This document shows positions 1 through 12,096 of a stretch of 64,000 bases of DNA, piece by piece (position 1 is the stretch's first letter; every line of letters begins with the position of its first letter). The notes under the pieces were generated by a model, which worked only from the letters and a program-made list of their open reading frames with translations, was not told the DNA's origin and did no database searches. The position numbers and the translations under genes are program-made. Source of the stretch: Octopus sinensis (taxonomy: Eukaryota); assembly GCF_006345805.1 (NCBI RefSeq), contig NC_043000.1, positions 28,706,001 to 28,770,000 on the forward strand, in the 5' to 3' direction.

Positions 1-10
1 TCGATCATAT

Positions 11-729
11 AATAACATAAATAATATATAAACATATGCATATATACATACATATATGTACATACCTACATCTATATGAATATATACATGCATATATGGG
101 TACAGGACACCAAAAAAAACGTTGAACACAATGAGAAACGAAAACATAAAAACAAAAACATGGAAACGAACTTTTTTCAAACAACGAAACAACAGAGTAA
201 AAAACATACAACACAAGGAATATTCCCCTTCTTCAGTTGTCCCTGTTTCATCTACTCCGCGTTCGAAGGTAAGGACAAGACGCGACTTCGTTGAAAAAGT
301 CCTTCCCGCAAAGCAAATTAGATAAGATTTGGGATTTTTTGCGGAGGGGTAAAATTGGTAACAAAAACAGGACAGTAAATAACAAAACAAGACAGTAAAA
401 ACATTACAAATAAAAACAGTAAAAGACAGGACAAGGGGAATAACACAGTAAAAACAAACGATGATGGATGTTAAGCCAAGACGATGAGAAAATTATTTTG
501 AACGCATTGAGGGGACAGCTTATGAGAAGGACAGGATAAGCCGTCTTGACTCGTTGAAGATAGCAGTCGAAAAGATGACTTCCCTCTGGTCACGTGTTAG
601 AGACGAGAGGGAGGAGGAGCACTGTGTTCAACGTTTTTTTTTTTTGGTGTCCTGTACCCATATATGCATGTATATATACATATAGATGTAGCTATGTACA
701 TATATGTTTGTATATATTACTTTTGTTAT

Positions 730-730
<1 letters not shown>
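11..730. mobile_element. Family D repeat with ~120-bp inverted terminal segments (11-132 vs 621-730)
   Basis: The reverse complement of 621-730 matches 11-132 (gggtacaggacaccaaaaaaaacgttgaaca...). Internal sequence recurs at 24135-24485, 40503-41830, 56072-56395 and 62440-62750. Confidence 0.75.

Positions 731-826
<96 letters not shown>
731..826. repeat. (GATA)n microsatellite
   Basis: Direct reading. Confidence 0.98.
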
Positions 827-827
<1 letters not shown>

Positions 828-1104
828 CATTCATACATATCTCAAAAGTAAACAGACACTATTATTTTTGAAAGATTTCTTTCTAGAAAATAAAATGTCA
901 TTTGCGACATTTAAATAATACTTAATCTAGAATTTAGTAGACATGCAGTGTGCAGTTTTTTAATGATTTAACCCATTTGGGCGTCATACTAATGATAAGT
1001 GTCCATACAAATGAAACAATGTAATTAGGGTTGTCTTTTTACTTTTGAAATATCTGTGTATACATACACACATATACGCATATGTTGCTACATATATATA
1101 GAAA

Positions 1105-1140
<36 letters not shown>

Positions 1141-1224
1141 CATATTTATATGTGTGTGTGTTGTGTGTATGTGTGTTTGTGTGTGCATGTGTATGTATGT
1201 TTATCTATATATATATGTAGCAAC

Positions 1225-1274
<50 letters not shown>

Positions 1275-1935
1275 ATATATACATATATATGTATATGTCG
1301 CGTGTATGTATTTCTGCATATATGTTTGTGATATGTGCTTGTACGTACGTGACTGTCTGTATTTATGTCTACACTCATCCGACAACTGTTTATCTTTAGT
1401 TCCTTTATCACCCGTAGGCTAGCGCTTTTGACAGTTAGAAATCGATAAAAGAAGTACCAAACTGAAACATAAACTCGAGTCGATTTAACCGACTTGAATT
1501 CTTGTAGGTCGAGCGCCAACACGGACAAAGTCAACTGACTGAAACCAGAAGATAATAACAGAAATAAAGAATTAAAGAAGATATGCTAAAAAATATTGTA
1601 AAACCGACATTGAAGTATGATTATGAGGAGTAAGTTAGACACGAATTATAAAAAGATAAGATGATTATAATTTGGCTACATTTTGGATTATAAAAATGTT
1701 TTTCTTAGAATAATAATAGATAAATGATTACAGAAAATTAAGTGACAGAGCCAGAAGTGTTCCATTTTAAAGGAAGCGAAAAAGAGCAAAAAAAGGAAGC
1801 ACGAGAAATATAAGAGAAACATTTTGTGTAATATGTCTGTATGGAAACTGTAAAATATGAAGATGGAAGACAGCTTGGTTCTTGTGTATAGTAAAATTTT
1901 CTGTAATATTCTCCTCGCTCTCTTTTCTTTTTTAC

Positions 1936-2138
1936 ACTAGGCACAAGGCCCGATAATTTGGGGGAGGGAGCCAGTCGATTAGATCGACCCCAGTACACCA
2001 CTGGTAATTAATTTATAGATCCCGAAAGGATGAAATGCAAAGTCAACCTTGGTGGAATTTGATCTCAGAACGTAAAGGCAGACGAAATGCCGCTAAGCAT
2101 CCTGTCCGGTGCGCTAATGACTCTACCAGCTCGCTGCT
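1936..2138 (-). mobile_element. tRNA-headed SINE, family A (diverged; 3' tail variant ...ggccttgtgcct)
   Basis: Similar to the 2749-2980 copy in reverse orientation. Confidence 0.8.
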
Positions 2139-2748
2139 TTAAACTTGTTCTGTTAATAATGAGACAGATATACACCATATACTTTGTTGCTTGAAAAGCT
2201 AGGAATGATAAATGAATTTGCCCCACATCACCATCTTAGTAAGCATAGATATGTTTTATTTTTTAGTGAAGAGCTAAGGCGATGTCTTTTGCAGGGGCTT
2301 GAGAGTGTTGAGAGGTCGGAAGAACGAAGGAACGAAGGTATCCTCAAAGTGAAGACCTAGACGGACTGCTTAAAGACACCCGTAGTGTCAAACTGTGGTC
2401 TTCAATCGGGCGACATATTCAGTCTTCTTGCCAGGTAGGTTAATGGTAGGATTTGAACTCAACACATATAGATACCGAATTTATGTCTCAATGCATCGGT
2501 TCCAAAGTTCTCAGACTTTCGCGTATGCATCACCTGGGATTAATACTTTTTCTGAAAATTGAAAGGCACAGTTTGCCTTGACGGTATTTGAACGCAGAAC
2601 GAGGACTGTCAGGACAAATACTGCTAGGCATTCTATCTGCTACTCTGAAGACTCTCCAAATTCACTGCTTGAGTACATGTAACTGGCACTCTGTCAGTTA
2701 TTACCACGAGAGTTCCACTTAATCCGATCAACAGAACAGCTTGCCCGT

Positions 2749-3245
2749 ATGGAGGCGAGCTGGCAGAAACGTTAGCACGCTGGGCGAAATGCTAAGCAGT
2801 ATTTCGTCAGCCGTTACGTTGTGAGTTCAAATTCCGCCGAGGTCGACTTTGCCTTTCATCCTTCCGGAGACGATAAATTAAGTACCAGTTACGCACTGGG
2901 GTCGATGTAATCGACTTAATACCTATGTCTGTCCTTGTTTGTCCCCTCTATGTTTAGCCCCTTGTGGGTAATAAAGAAATAGGTATTTCGTCTGCCGCTA
3001 CGTTCTCAGTTCAAATTCTGCCGAGGTTGACTTTGCCTTTCATCCTTTCGGGGTCGATAAATTAAGTACCAGTTACGCACTGGGGTCGATATAATCGACT
3101 TAATCCGTTTGTCTGTCCTTGTTTGTCCTCTCTGTGTTTAGACCCTTGTGGGTAGTAAAGAAATAGGTATTTCGCCTGTCTTTACGTTTCGAGTTCAAAT
3201 TACGCCGAGGTCGACTTTGCCTTTCATACGTTAGGGAATCGATAC
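2749..3245 (+). mobile_element. Family A SINE: tRNA-like head followed by ~2.4 tandem 184-bp units
   Basis: A-box-like TGGCAGAAACGTTAG and B-box-like GAGTTCAAATTC. GTATTTCG recurs at 2799, 2983 and 3167 (period 184). Confidence 0.9.
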
Positions 3246-3274
3246 GTAGTTCTCATGGAGATTCAACGTATCAA

Positions 3275-3445
3275 AGAATGTGACAAGTCCAGCCCTTTGA
3301 AATACAGGAACAGCTCGTTTTTGCCAGATGAGTCTACTGGAGCAACGTGAAATAAAGTGTCTTGCTCAAGGACACAACGCGCTGGCGAGTATCGAACTCA
3401 CAACCTTACGACCCTGAGTCGAATACCCTAACCATTAAACAGTGC
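3275..3445 (-). mobile_element. tRNA-headed SINE, family G, with CTTGAGCAAGACACTT (CORE-like) box
   Basis: Reverse strand reads tRNA-like head (GAGTTCGATACTC), then ccttgagcaagacactttatttcacgttgctccagt. Related copy near 49200-49310. Confidence 0.7.
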
Positions 3446-6029
3446 GTATTCATTTGAGTGAGTAATGTATTTTTAAATATACAATGCATGGAAATAGGCC
3501 GGAGTGGTCACGAGTGGAATGATTTAGATCATTGGTTAGCTCAGTAAAGTTGAACCTGGAGCTACATAGCACCAACAACAAAACAAATATTCTGTCTTCA
3601 TGTAACACACATGAATCTTGTATACAAATATTTCAAATAGAGATATATATTTATGAGGCGACACAGTCGATTAACTTCACCTTAGTATTTGACTGATCGA
3701 GAATGAAAGTAGAATTTCCTTATCGGCAAGATTTGAACCCTGAACGTAGGTCAAAGCTAAACACTCTAATCTATTTGGCCATCAATCTAATACATCTGAC
3801 ACGTCGCCACAGTAATAGATATAAATTTCAACAACCATACACGGAAACCTCTATTGTAGTCGCCCGACTTGCTGGAAATAGCAACTAAATTCCCCACATG
3901 TTTCAAACTTCTGATTTCGTTTTTCAAACTGTAAGTCTGACGATCACAAGAGTTTCCACCACCTCCTTTCCGTCTTTATTTCTAAGAATATACCTAGATA
4001 TACATTATAATGTAGTCTCAGATACTCTCTTCCAAATAAAGACAGAAAGTTAGTGGACGGGACGCTTCCGATCTTAGGTTTTTTTTTCAATCACTGCTCT
4101 CCTAGGGTTAAATAACACTAGCTACATAAAAACAAGCTAATGAAAGAGCATCTTGATGGTAAGTCATCCTGTTAGAAATAGCAGCTATGTCTCCAACAAT
4201 TCACATCCTTGAGTAGTAAATTTCGAGAGATACGTTAAACAATGTAGTTTCTGAATACAAGAACCACATATATTGCACCTTTGATCATAGATCTATTCAG
4301 TCAGGGTTAATCTAGAGTCAAACAGCTACGACAATAATATAAATATAAATATTATTATCGCCATTTTTGCCGCAATTTTGTCAGAGTAAGGGGGGCAACA
4401 CCTATGACTATTTGCATGTCTACCGGTTAACCTGCGGTTTTTACCTCCCTCGGTTGGTAGATCTCAAGCCGAATAATCAGAATAAATGCTGACAACAGAG
4501 TGGGTTCCTACTGAAGGCACCAAAGACTTTGATGTGATGTTAAAATAAAATATGTATTATTGCCTAACCTACAAACAGGTACAGTCTATCTTATTTGCTT
4601 CTTTAATATTTCCGTCAACCGAAATCTCATTCGCGAAGTACAAGTCGATCTGAGTTTCTGGTAGAAGACAGACACTTGCCTAAATATCTATGCACTTCGG
4701 TCAAACTTGGAATCACAAGATCTTGAACGAGCTTCTTAATCACACAGATGTGTCTGATTACGTGCGCCACCAAAGAAGAAAGGAAGAGGCATGGCAAAAT
4801 TCGACAAAGGAACTAAATGGAAAAATCATGTTAAAACGGCCTCTCTGAATACTTAATTGCTACATTCTCAAACAGTTGAAGTGAAGGAATTTTATTAGCA
4901 AAACAGTACCCGGATATGGAGCTTTATTATATAATATTTAATGATTTATTTAAAGGCAGCGTTATTTCTTCCGTATATTTACATACTCCGTTCAGATCGT
5001 GTCGATGGCAGCTCTGCCCACATCCATTTCGAGTCGGTAAAATAATGTACCAATCAAGTACTAGACTCGAACGTGTCGACTAACCTGCTCCTTTCAAAAT
5101 TGCTGGTCTTGAGCTTAAATCAAATTAACTTATTCAAATATCTGAGCTCAAGTATCGTTGATGTATCAAACCAAGATGTGTCTTGTTACTACGTAAGAGA
5201 TTATTTGAAGTAGCTTAACACATAGAATGATGTATCGTCATTATTAGGTGTCGTCTACACTCAACAGACTGAATATAAAGAATTTCTGTTCCGATTCTTT
5301 TGTCAATCATTTTTACTTATTTACCTTAACAGTCCACTCCTTGATGTTATCAAACGACTTTTTGTCGAACACTCTCTCCAGCGTTTGCCATTTATGTTTC
5401 CTTCTATAATAAGTCTTAGTATAGCTTGCTCTCTTATTATGAATTTTTAAAAAATTGGCTCCCGTATTTTTTTTAGTAGTTGAGAATAATGATCTTTGAA
5501 TTTACAGTGTACACGTGGTGAAATAATCATCTGACAATGAATAAATTGTTTGGGTTTGGGCCCAGATGGTAAAGTAATTTTTATTGTTAGATCGAATGAC
5601 AGCGTTTCAAAATAGATTATCTTAGAAAACGTAGCCATTAATGTCTCTTCATGGTGTTGGGATTCCTTTTCTGAAACCACTCTTGAAATTGCAATTGAAA
5701 TCTTTCTCGTTGGCCACCATATTACCGTTCCTCTCCAACAAGGTCAACATGACTAAACGTCTTAAGATAGCGGAGGACTGAGAAAGCATAGCAACATTCC
5801 ATATGGCAGGTTGCTATCATTGGCTTACACTGATCCAGGGATGAAGCTCTGTCAGAAAGATGATGAGCGGTGGGAAGTCAAGTTGGGTAAACTGACATTA
5901 GTCTTCTGCACATAGAATATTGGAGATTTATTACAATCTCAATATAGCCTTAATAAACACTATAAAAATACAATAATAATTATTTTAATCCTTGCGTTCT
6001 CTTTATCCTTTCCCTCAATAAAAACACAG

Positions 6030-6064
6030 ATATACATATATAAATGCATACATACATGTACATA

Positions 6065-6127
<63 letters not shown>

Positions 6128-6179
6128 TGAGTGTGTGTGTGTGTATACATGTATGTATACATGTATGCGTATATGTATG

Positions 6180-6210
<31 letters not shown>

Positions 6211-6223
6211 GTATATATATATG

Positions 6224-6254
<31 letters not shown>

Positions 6255-6255
6255 G

Positions 6256-6309
<54 letters not shown>

Positions 6310-6494
6310 GTATACGTGCGTCTGTATATATGACCAGAATTTATGCGCACACGTATATATGTATTCTATACATATATGTACATAATATATATATACACGT
6401 TATAAATATATATGTATGTGTGTTTATATACATATATAAATTTCTCTGTGTGTATGCATATATAATTTGAATATATACATACACACACACACAC

Positions 6495-6530
<36 letters not shown>

Positions 6531-6537
6531 ATATATA

Positions 6538-6586
<49 letters not shown>

Positions 6587-6730
6587 TGAGTGTGTGTGTG
6601 TGTGTATACATGTATGTATACATGTATGCGTATATGTATGTATATATATATATATATATGATATATATATGTATATATATGTATATATATATATATATGT
6701 ATATAATATATATATATGTATATATATATG

Positions 6731-6789
<59 letters not shown>

Positions 6790-6796
6790 GTATATA

Positions 6797-6841
<45 letters not shown>

Positions 6842-7035
6842 ATATGTATATATATATGTATGTATGTGTATACGTGCGTCTGTATATATGACCAGAATTT
6901 ATGCGCACACGTATATATGTATTTCTATATATATATGTACATAATATATATATACACGTTATAAATATATATGTATGTGTGTTTATATACATATATAAAT
7001 TTCTCTGTGTGTATGCATATATAATTTGAATATAT

Positions 7036-7067
<32 letters not shown>

Positions 7068-7312
7068 CACACACACACACACATATATATATATATAATA
7101 TATATATATATATAATATATATATATATGTGTGTGTGTGTGTGTATGTGTGTGAGTGTGTGTGTGTGTATGTGTGTGAGTGTGTGTGTGTGTATACATGT
7201 ATGTATACATGTATGCGTATATGTATGTATATATATATGTATATATATGTATATATATATATATAGTATATATATATATATATATGTATATATATGTATA
7301 TATATATATATG

Positions 7313-7398
<86 letters not shown>

Positions 7399-7566
7399 GT
7401 ATACGTGCGTCTGTATATATGACCAGAATTTATGCGCACACGTATATATGTATTTCTATATATATATGTACATAATATATATATACACGTTATAAATATA
7501 TATGTATGTGTGTTTATATACATATATAAATTTCTCTGTGTGTATGCATATATAATTTGAATATAT

Positions 7567-7630
<64 letters not shown>
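6030..7630. repeat. Three-copy tandem array of a ~545-bp microsatellite-rich unit
   Basis: Unique anchor gaccagaatttatgcgcacacg at 6332, 6890 and 7421 (spacings 558, 531). Confidence 0.92.
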
Positions 7631-7762
7631 GCATATTTTCATTTTGTGTGTTATATAGGGATATCCATGGATGCATACATATTTGTGTATGTGTGTATGC
7701 ATATCGAGAGATATTTCCATATAACACACATAATGTATATATGTATAACGTACCTATACATG

Positions 7763-7793
<31 letters not shown>

Positions 7794-9318
7794 ATGTATG
7801 TATGTATGTACGTATGTGTACATACATGTATGTATTTGTAGTTTCACCCGTTTTCCTTTTACGAGTAACATATGTTGAGATTACACATTAGCTATCCCAC
7901 AGGGAAGATATTTTCTTTGTTTACAAATTCCATAATAAGATCAAGCAATAAAACGTCAAAATGTTGTTCACCAGAAATAGTGTAGTTTTTACTGCTTGCT
8001 ATAATTTCAAGTATGCTTCGCTATATTTAAGGCATGCTAGAGTGAAACCAAAGTAAATAAATCATATAACATATGTGTATTCAAACGTTGCTAGAAATAA
8101 TACGTTAACTTAAAATCATACACATAGATGTGTGTGTATGTGTGAGTGTATTAGTGTATGTGAATGTGAATATTTGGTTCGATCCATGGATATGTTTTAG
8201 ATACAGAGTGCTCAAAACTCAAAAGTGTAACTGAAATACTGTGAGCTAATATGAATGCAATGAAATAGCTGCAAGCTGTAGGAATAAATATGTATATTAA
8301 TATTCGTACATGTAGGATCGATGTAACCGACTTACCCCTCCCCTAAAATTGTTGAACCCGTGCCAAACTGATTTACGTACATATTTGTGTATAGTCTTGT
8401 GCCCCAGCAAAAGGCAAATGCAAAAGCAAAAGCAAAAATATATGTAAGAATATACATGTGAAAAGGTTGAGTTCTATTTTATCCCTTACTTTGGAGAGTT
8501 CCAAAGGGCGATTTCCAACAAAGATTCTTCATATTTCGTTGGTAGCGTGCTGGCGTAGGATTTTTGTACATGGGGGGTTATGAGAATTTATAGAAAGGTA
8601 TCTCATAGAAACTCAAGACGAAGAATAGAAGATGTTAAAATTTAGAAAATAATTTTAATACATGCATACGATCGTTTCAAACAACGATATTAACATGTGA
8701 ATAACTTGGTAGAATAACTAGAAGTTAATTAAATTAAATTAAATTAATTACATACCTCAGTGCAAAAAACAATACATCAAAAAATTATTATTATTGTTAC
8801 AGAAGACGTCATGGAGGAAATAGCAAATAACATGCTCGGTTATGTATATTTTATCCTTATGAAAGATCAAGAGCATACTAGACAAGTGCTGTTCAGTCAG
8901 GTTGTCAAAAAACTAAAAGCTAAAAGAATATACACAAATATGTACGATTATCAGTTTCAAATTTTGGCACAGATTCGGTAATTTTAGGGGAGGAGGTAAG
9001 TCGGTTACATCGACCCTAGATGTACGAATATTAATATACGTATTTAATCCTGTAGTCTCCATGTACATCCTTGCATTCATATTAGCTCATCTTTGCGTAT
9101 CTTCTTATATATTGATTTTGTCTTGACGAGTTCGGTAAACGAACGAAAGTGCTGATAAAGAATTATCCCAAAATTCGGACTGCTTCCTTTTTCCTCAATA
9201 TACAATATTTGTACACCACTTCAAACACTCTACACATACATACATACACACTGCATACATCTCTCTCTATATCTCTCTATATATATATATATATATACAC
9301 ATATATATTATATATACA

Positions 9319-9386
<68 letters not shown>

Positions 9387-9593
9387 CATGCATATATATA
9401 TATATACATATATAATAATATATATATTATATATATATATATATTGTGAAATAGAAAGATGAATAATCTTGTTGCAGATTAATCAAAGGTTTAACCGATA
9501 CCTTGGTAGCAAAAATCACAGCATAATAATAGGCTGCTTACTAAGACCCTATCACCTTTTTCCGGAGGCACAGCTTCTTCCGCTCCCGGTTTA

Positions 9594-9842
9594 ATGCTCA
9601 GTAGGAATAATAATAGTAGTAATAATGATATGAGAGCCAGTACAGTGACTCATAATCTCAGCTCCAACCAGGGATTATATACTAGGGGTATAGTTATAAA
9701 TAAGGGTGTTGTCATTGACGGTAGCAATGGCAGTAGTGAGGTGAGCGCAGCTCGGCTCGTTAGGGTAGAGAGTCCCAATAGCAACTCCAGCATCGTTTCC
9801 GGCAATAGCAGCACCACGGCACTAGCAATGACAGCACTCTGA
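9594..9842 (+). CDS. Ser/Asn-rich low-complexity ORF, probably the N-terminus of the GIY-YIG ORF separated by one frameshift near 9815-9818
   Basis: The GIY-YIG frame is open upstream to a TAG at 9806-9808. The S/N/T-rich composition continues across the frame switch (…GNSSTT / GTSNDSTLIDSVESG…). Confidence 0.55.
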   Translation: MLSRNNNSSNNDMRASTVTHNLSSNQGLYTRGIVINKGVVIDGSNGSSEVSAARLVRVESPNSNSSIVSGNSSTTALAMTAL

Positions 9843-9889
9843 TTGATAGTGTAGAATCAGGGGTTATTCCGTTAGTTAATAGTGACGTA

Positions 9890-10378
9890 GTGGAAAATAA
9901 AGTAGTAAGCGGCTGCAGTTCTCGCAACAAATATAGTGACAGTAACGCAGTTCTAATTTCAGAAACTAATCCTAACAGAATAAGGTTCACGTCGGTGAAC
10001 TCCAAGATCAGAAACGCCGTCTACCAATGCAAGGTTTACACGGACTCAGATGTCTACGCTTATGTCGGGGCCTCATCGTCAAGATTGGCCTTACGAATCT
10101 CCAACCATTACGCAACTTTTCGAGACGTGAATAAACGCCAGACCACGGGACTTAGCAAGCTAATATGGCGATTGAAGAATACGAACTCAAGCTACAGGCT
10201 GGAATGGTCAATTTTGTCGGTGGCCCTCCCATTTGACAGGGGCAGAAGGAAGTGCAACCTTTGTGTCTCCGAACTCTTCCATATATTGTTCGCCAGAGAC
10301 CGGATGGTAAACGGACTTTTACAGTCGGCTTTTCGATGCCCCCATTGGCGGCGTTATACTTATCTTGCTTATAAATAA
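9890..10378 (+). CDS. GIY-YIG endonuclease of Penelope-like-element type, with CxxC/CxH C-terminal motif
   Basis: AVY-x12-YVG, LRISNH (Arg/His), TGLSKLIW, LEWSIL, CNLCVSE (Glu), MVN (Asn), CPH. Confidence 0.85.
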   Translation: MENKVVSGCSSRNKYSDSNAVLISETNPNRIRFTSVNSKIRNAVYQCKVYTDSDVYAYVGASSSRLALRISNHYATFRDVNKRQTTGLSKLIWRLKNTNSSYRLEWSILSVALPFDRGRRKCNLCVSELFHILFARDRMVNGLLQSAFRCPHWRRYTYLAYK

Positions 10379-10561
10379 CGCTTATAAATAATACCTGCAC
10401 CCGGTTACACTACTTATATGAAAATAGCCCTTGGTAATAAATTCTGAAAAAGCTTTTAAGAGAAATATGATTAACCATTGCAAGGGGAATTACTCCTGGG
10501 AGATGAATGGTGTTTTGTTTTTGACGACGGGGGGTTTCTTTGACAAGGCATGATTAGACGA

Positions 10562-10750
10562 ACACACGCACACATAAAATATTTTTCTGCCGCCCGACGG
10601 ATTTTACAGCAGTGACCATTGTGTAGAGCTGTTTACCAACTGGCGGCCGCGCGATCAAACGCACACACGTACACATAAAATATTTTCTACCCCCTGACGG
10701 ATTTCTCAGCAGTGACCAGAGTGTAGCGCTTCTTACCAACTTGCGGCCGC
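10562..10750 (+). repeat. Two ~100-bp diverged direct repeats, each ending in GCGGCCGC
   Basis: cacataaaat at 10571 and 10672; GCGGCCGC at 10643 and 10743. Confidence 0.9.
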
Positions 10751-11055
10751 ACACATATATAGAGCAGTACACACACACATGTCTCTAAGTAGATTTTGTC
10801 TCGCCCCATATAATACACCTAATATTCTTTAAATAGTCAGAACTTTAGTCTCGGTCACAAAGATCATCTACGCACCCCGTGCCCTCACCCATCGGAATGA
10901 CCGCTGCCTGACCCGTTAAAATCTTCAACGCACCCACCACCCGTTTTCAACATACATTGATAAACAGTTTGGCCATGGGCTCTTAGGAGCCCCGTTCGAT
11001 TTGTTTTGCTCCGCCTCTGTTCTGTTTTTGTTTTTTCCAACGGATTTCCTATTTC

Positions 11056-11135
11056 TTCCTGAAGAGAAAGACACAATATGGTCTCATTATTCAATCGGAA
11101 TTTGGTAAATTGTGCCTTTCGAAACACGTGTAGAA
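11056..11135 (+). ncRNA. Type I hammerhead ribozyme, intact core
   Basis: ttc-CTGAAGA-GAAAG.CACAAT…ATTGTG.CTTTC-GAAA-CACGTG-T-A-gaa. Predicted cleavage after A11132. Confidence 0.8.
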
Positions 11136-11190
11136 TGCAATAAAACGATTTCTGTTCAATCTTCGTTCAACTCCATTTCTTCAATTCACT

Positions 11191-11260
<70 letters not shown>

Positions 11261-11263
<3 letters not shown>

Positions 11264-12096
11264 TTGAGTTAATCCACTTTGGAAAAGAGGATGCCCTGAA
11301 ACTCCCATACTCCCTTCCTTCAGGTGAAACTCTCGCGGCGTCCAACAACATCAGAGACTTGGGAGTAATTGTGGACAACAACATAAGCTGGGTCACTCAT
11401 ATAAACACCAAAGTTGACATGGCCCGCAGAATGTGTTCCTGGATTCTCAGAACTTTCCAGTCGAGAGATATCCACACCATTATCCTTCTCTTCTCCACTT
11501 TTGCCTGACCCCACCTTGAATACTGTTGTCCACTGTGGTCTCCCCACACAATACAAGGTATCATAAAAGTTGAAGCACCTCAAAGGGCAATCACAAAAAA
11601 GATAGATGGCATGACAGGCCTCGACTATTGGGGTCGACTAGAAAAGCTAAAACTTTATTCTCTCCAACGTCGTCGTGAGCGCCACATCATCTGCATGATG
11701 TGGAAAATATTCCATCAGCATTGCCCAAATGATGTTGGCATCACCTTTAGGGTACATCCAAGGCTTGGGCCCCGTGCCATCCGCCCAAAACAAAAATCGC
11801 ACTCTCATCTCATAACAACAATACGGCACAATTATTTCACCTCAATTGGCCCCGCTCTCTTTAACATTACACCAAAACACATTAAAACAGAAACTGAACC
11901 TATAGGGTTCAAGAAGTCTTTGGACAGATTCCTTCAAGAAATCCCGGATAAACCCCCTACACCCGGATATGTCTCTGTAAACAATAACTCTCTACTTGAG
12001 TGGGCCATAGTGCCCAAATTCTGACTTGAAGACTTCACCAGGTGGTGCTATTAAGTTAGACATGGCCTGGGCCAATAATGGCCGAAACCTATCAAA

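Larger units (their letters stand above)
9445..11194 (+). mobile_element. Penelope-like element derivative: GIY-YIG ORF, 100-bp repeats and 3' hammerhead, no RT; bounded by (TA)n on both sides
   Basis: GC-richer island between (TA)n tracts containing the GIY-YIG ORF and an HHR at 11056-11135. Confidence 0.75.

Noticed and set aside
2749-2840. tRNA genes at SINE heads (families A, B, C, G)
   Set aside because: Only A/B-box-like motifs; no complete cloverleaf, and each continues into a repeated SINE body
2799-3245. CRISPR-like or satellite array
   Set aside because: Units are whole SINE bodies with no unique spacers; eukaryotic context
5447-5743. ~98-codon open frame on the minus strand (PCWRGTVIWW…KESQHHEETL…)
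   Set aside because: Non-repetitive, but I recognise no family and see no convincing splice sites. BLASTX would be needed.
6366-7871. 501-aa ORF and the many other Y/I/H/T/C/V-rich ORFs in the track
   Set aside because: Translations of (TA)n/(CA)n/(CATA)n microsatellites, which lack stop codons in some frames
10436-10470. Second hammerhead after the GIY-YIG stop (CTGAAAA…GAAA)
   Set aside because: Core lacks G8 and the stems do not pair
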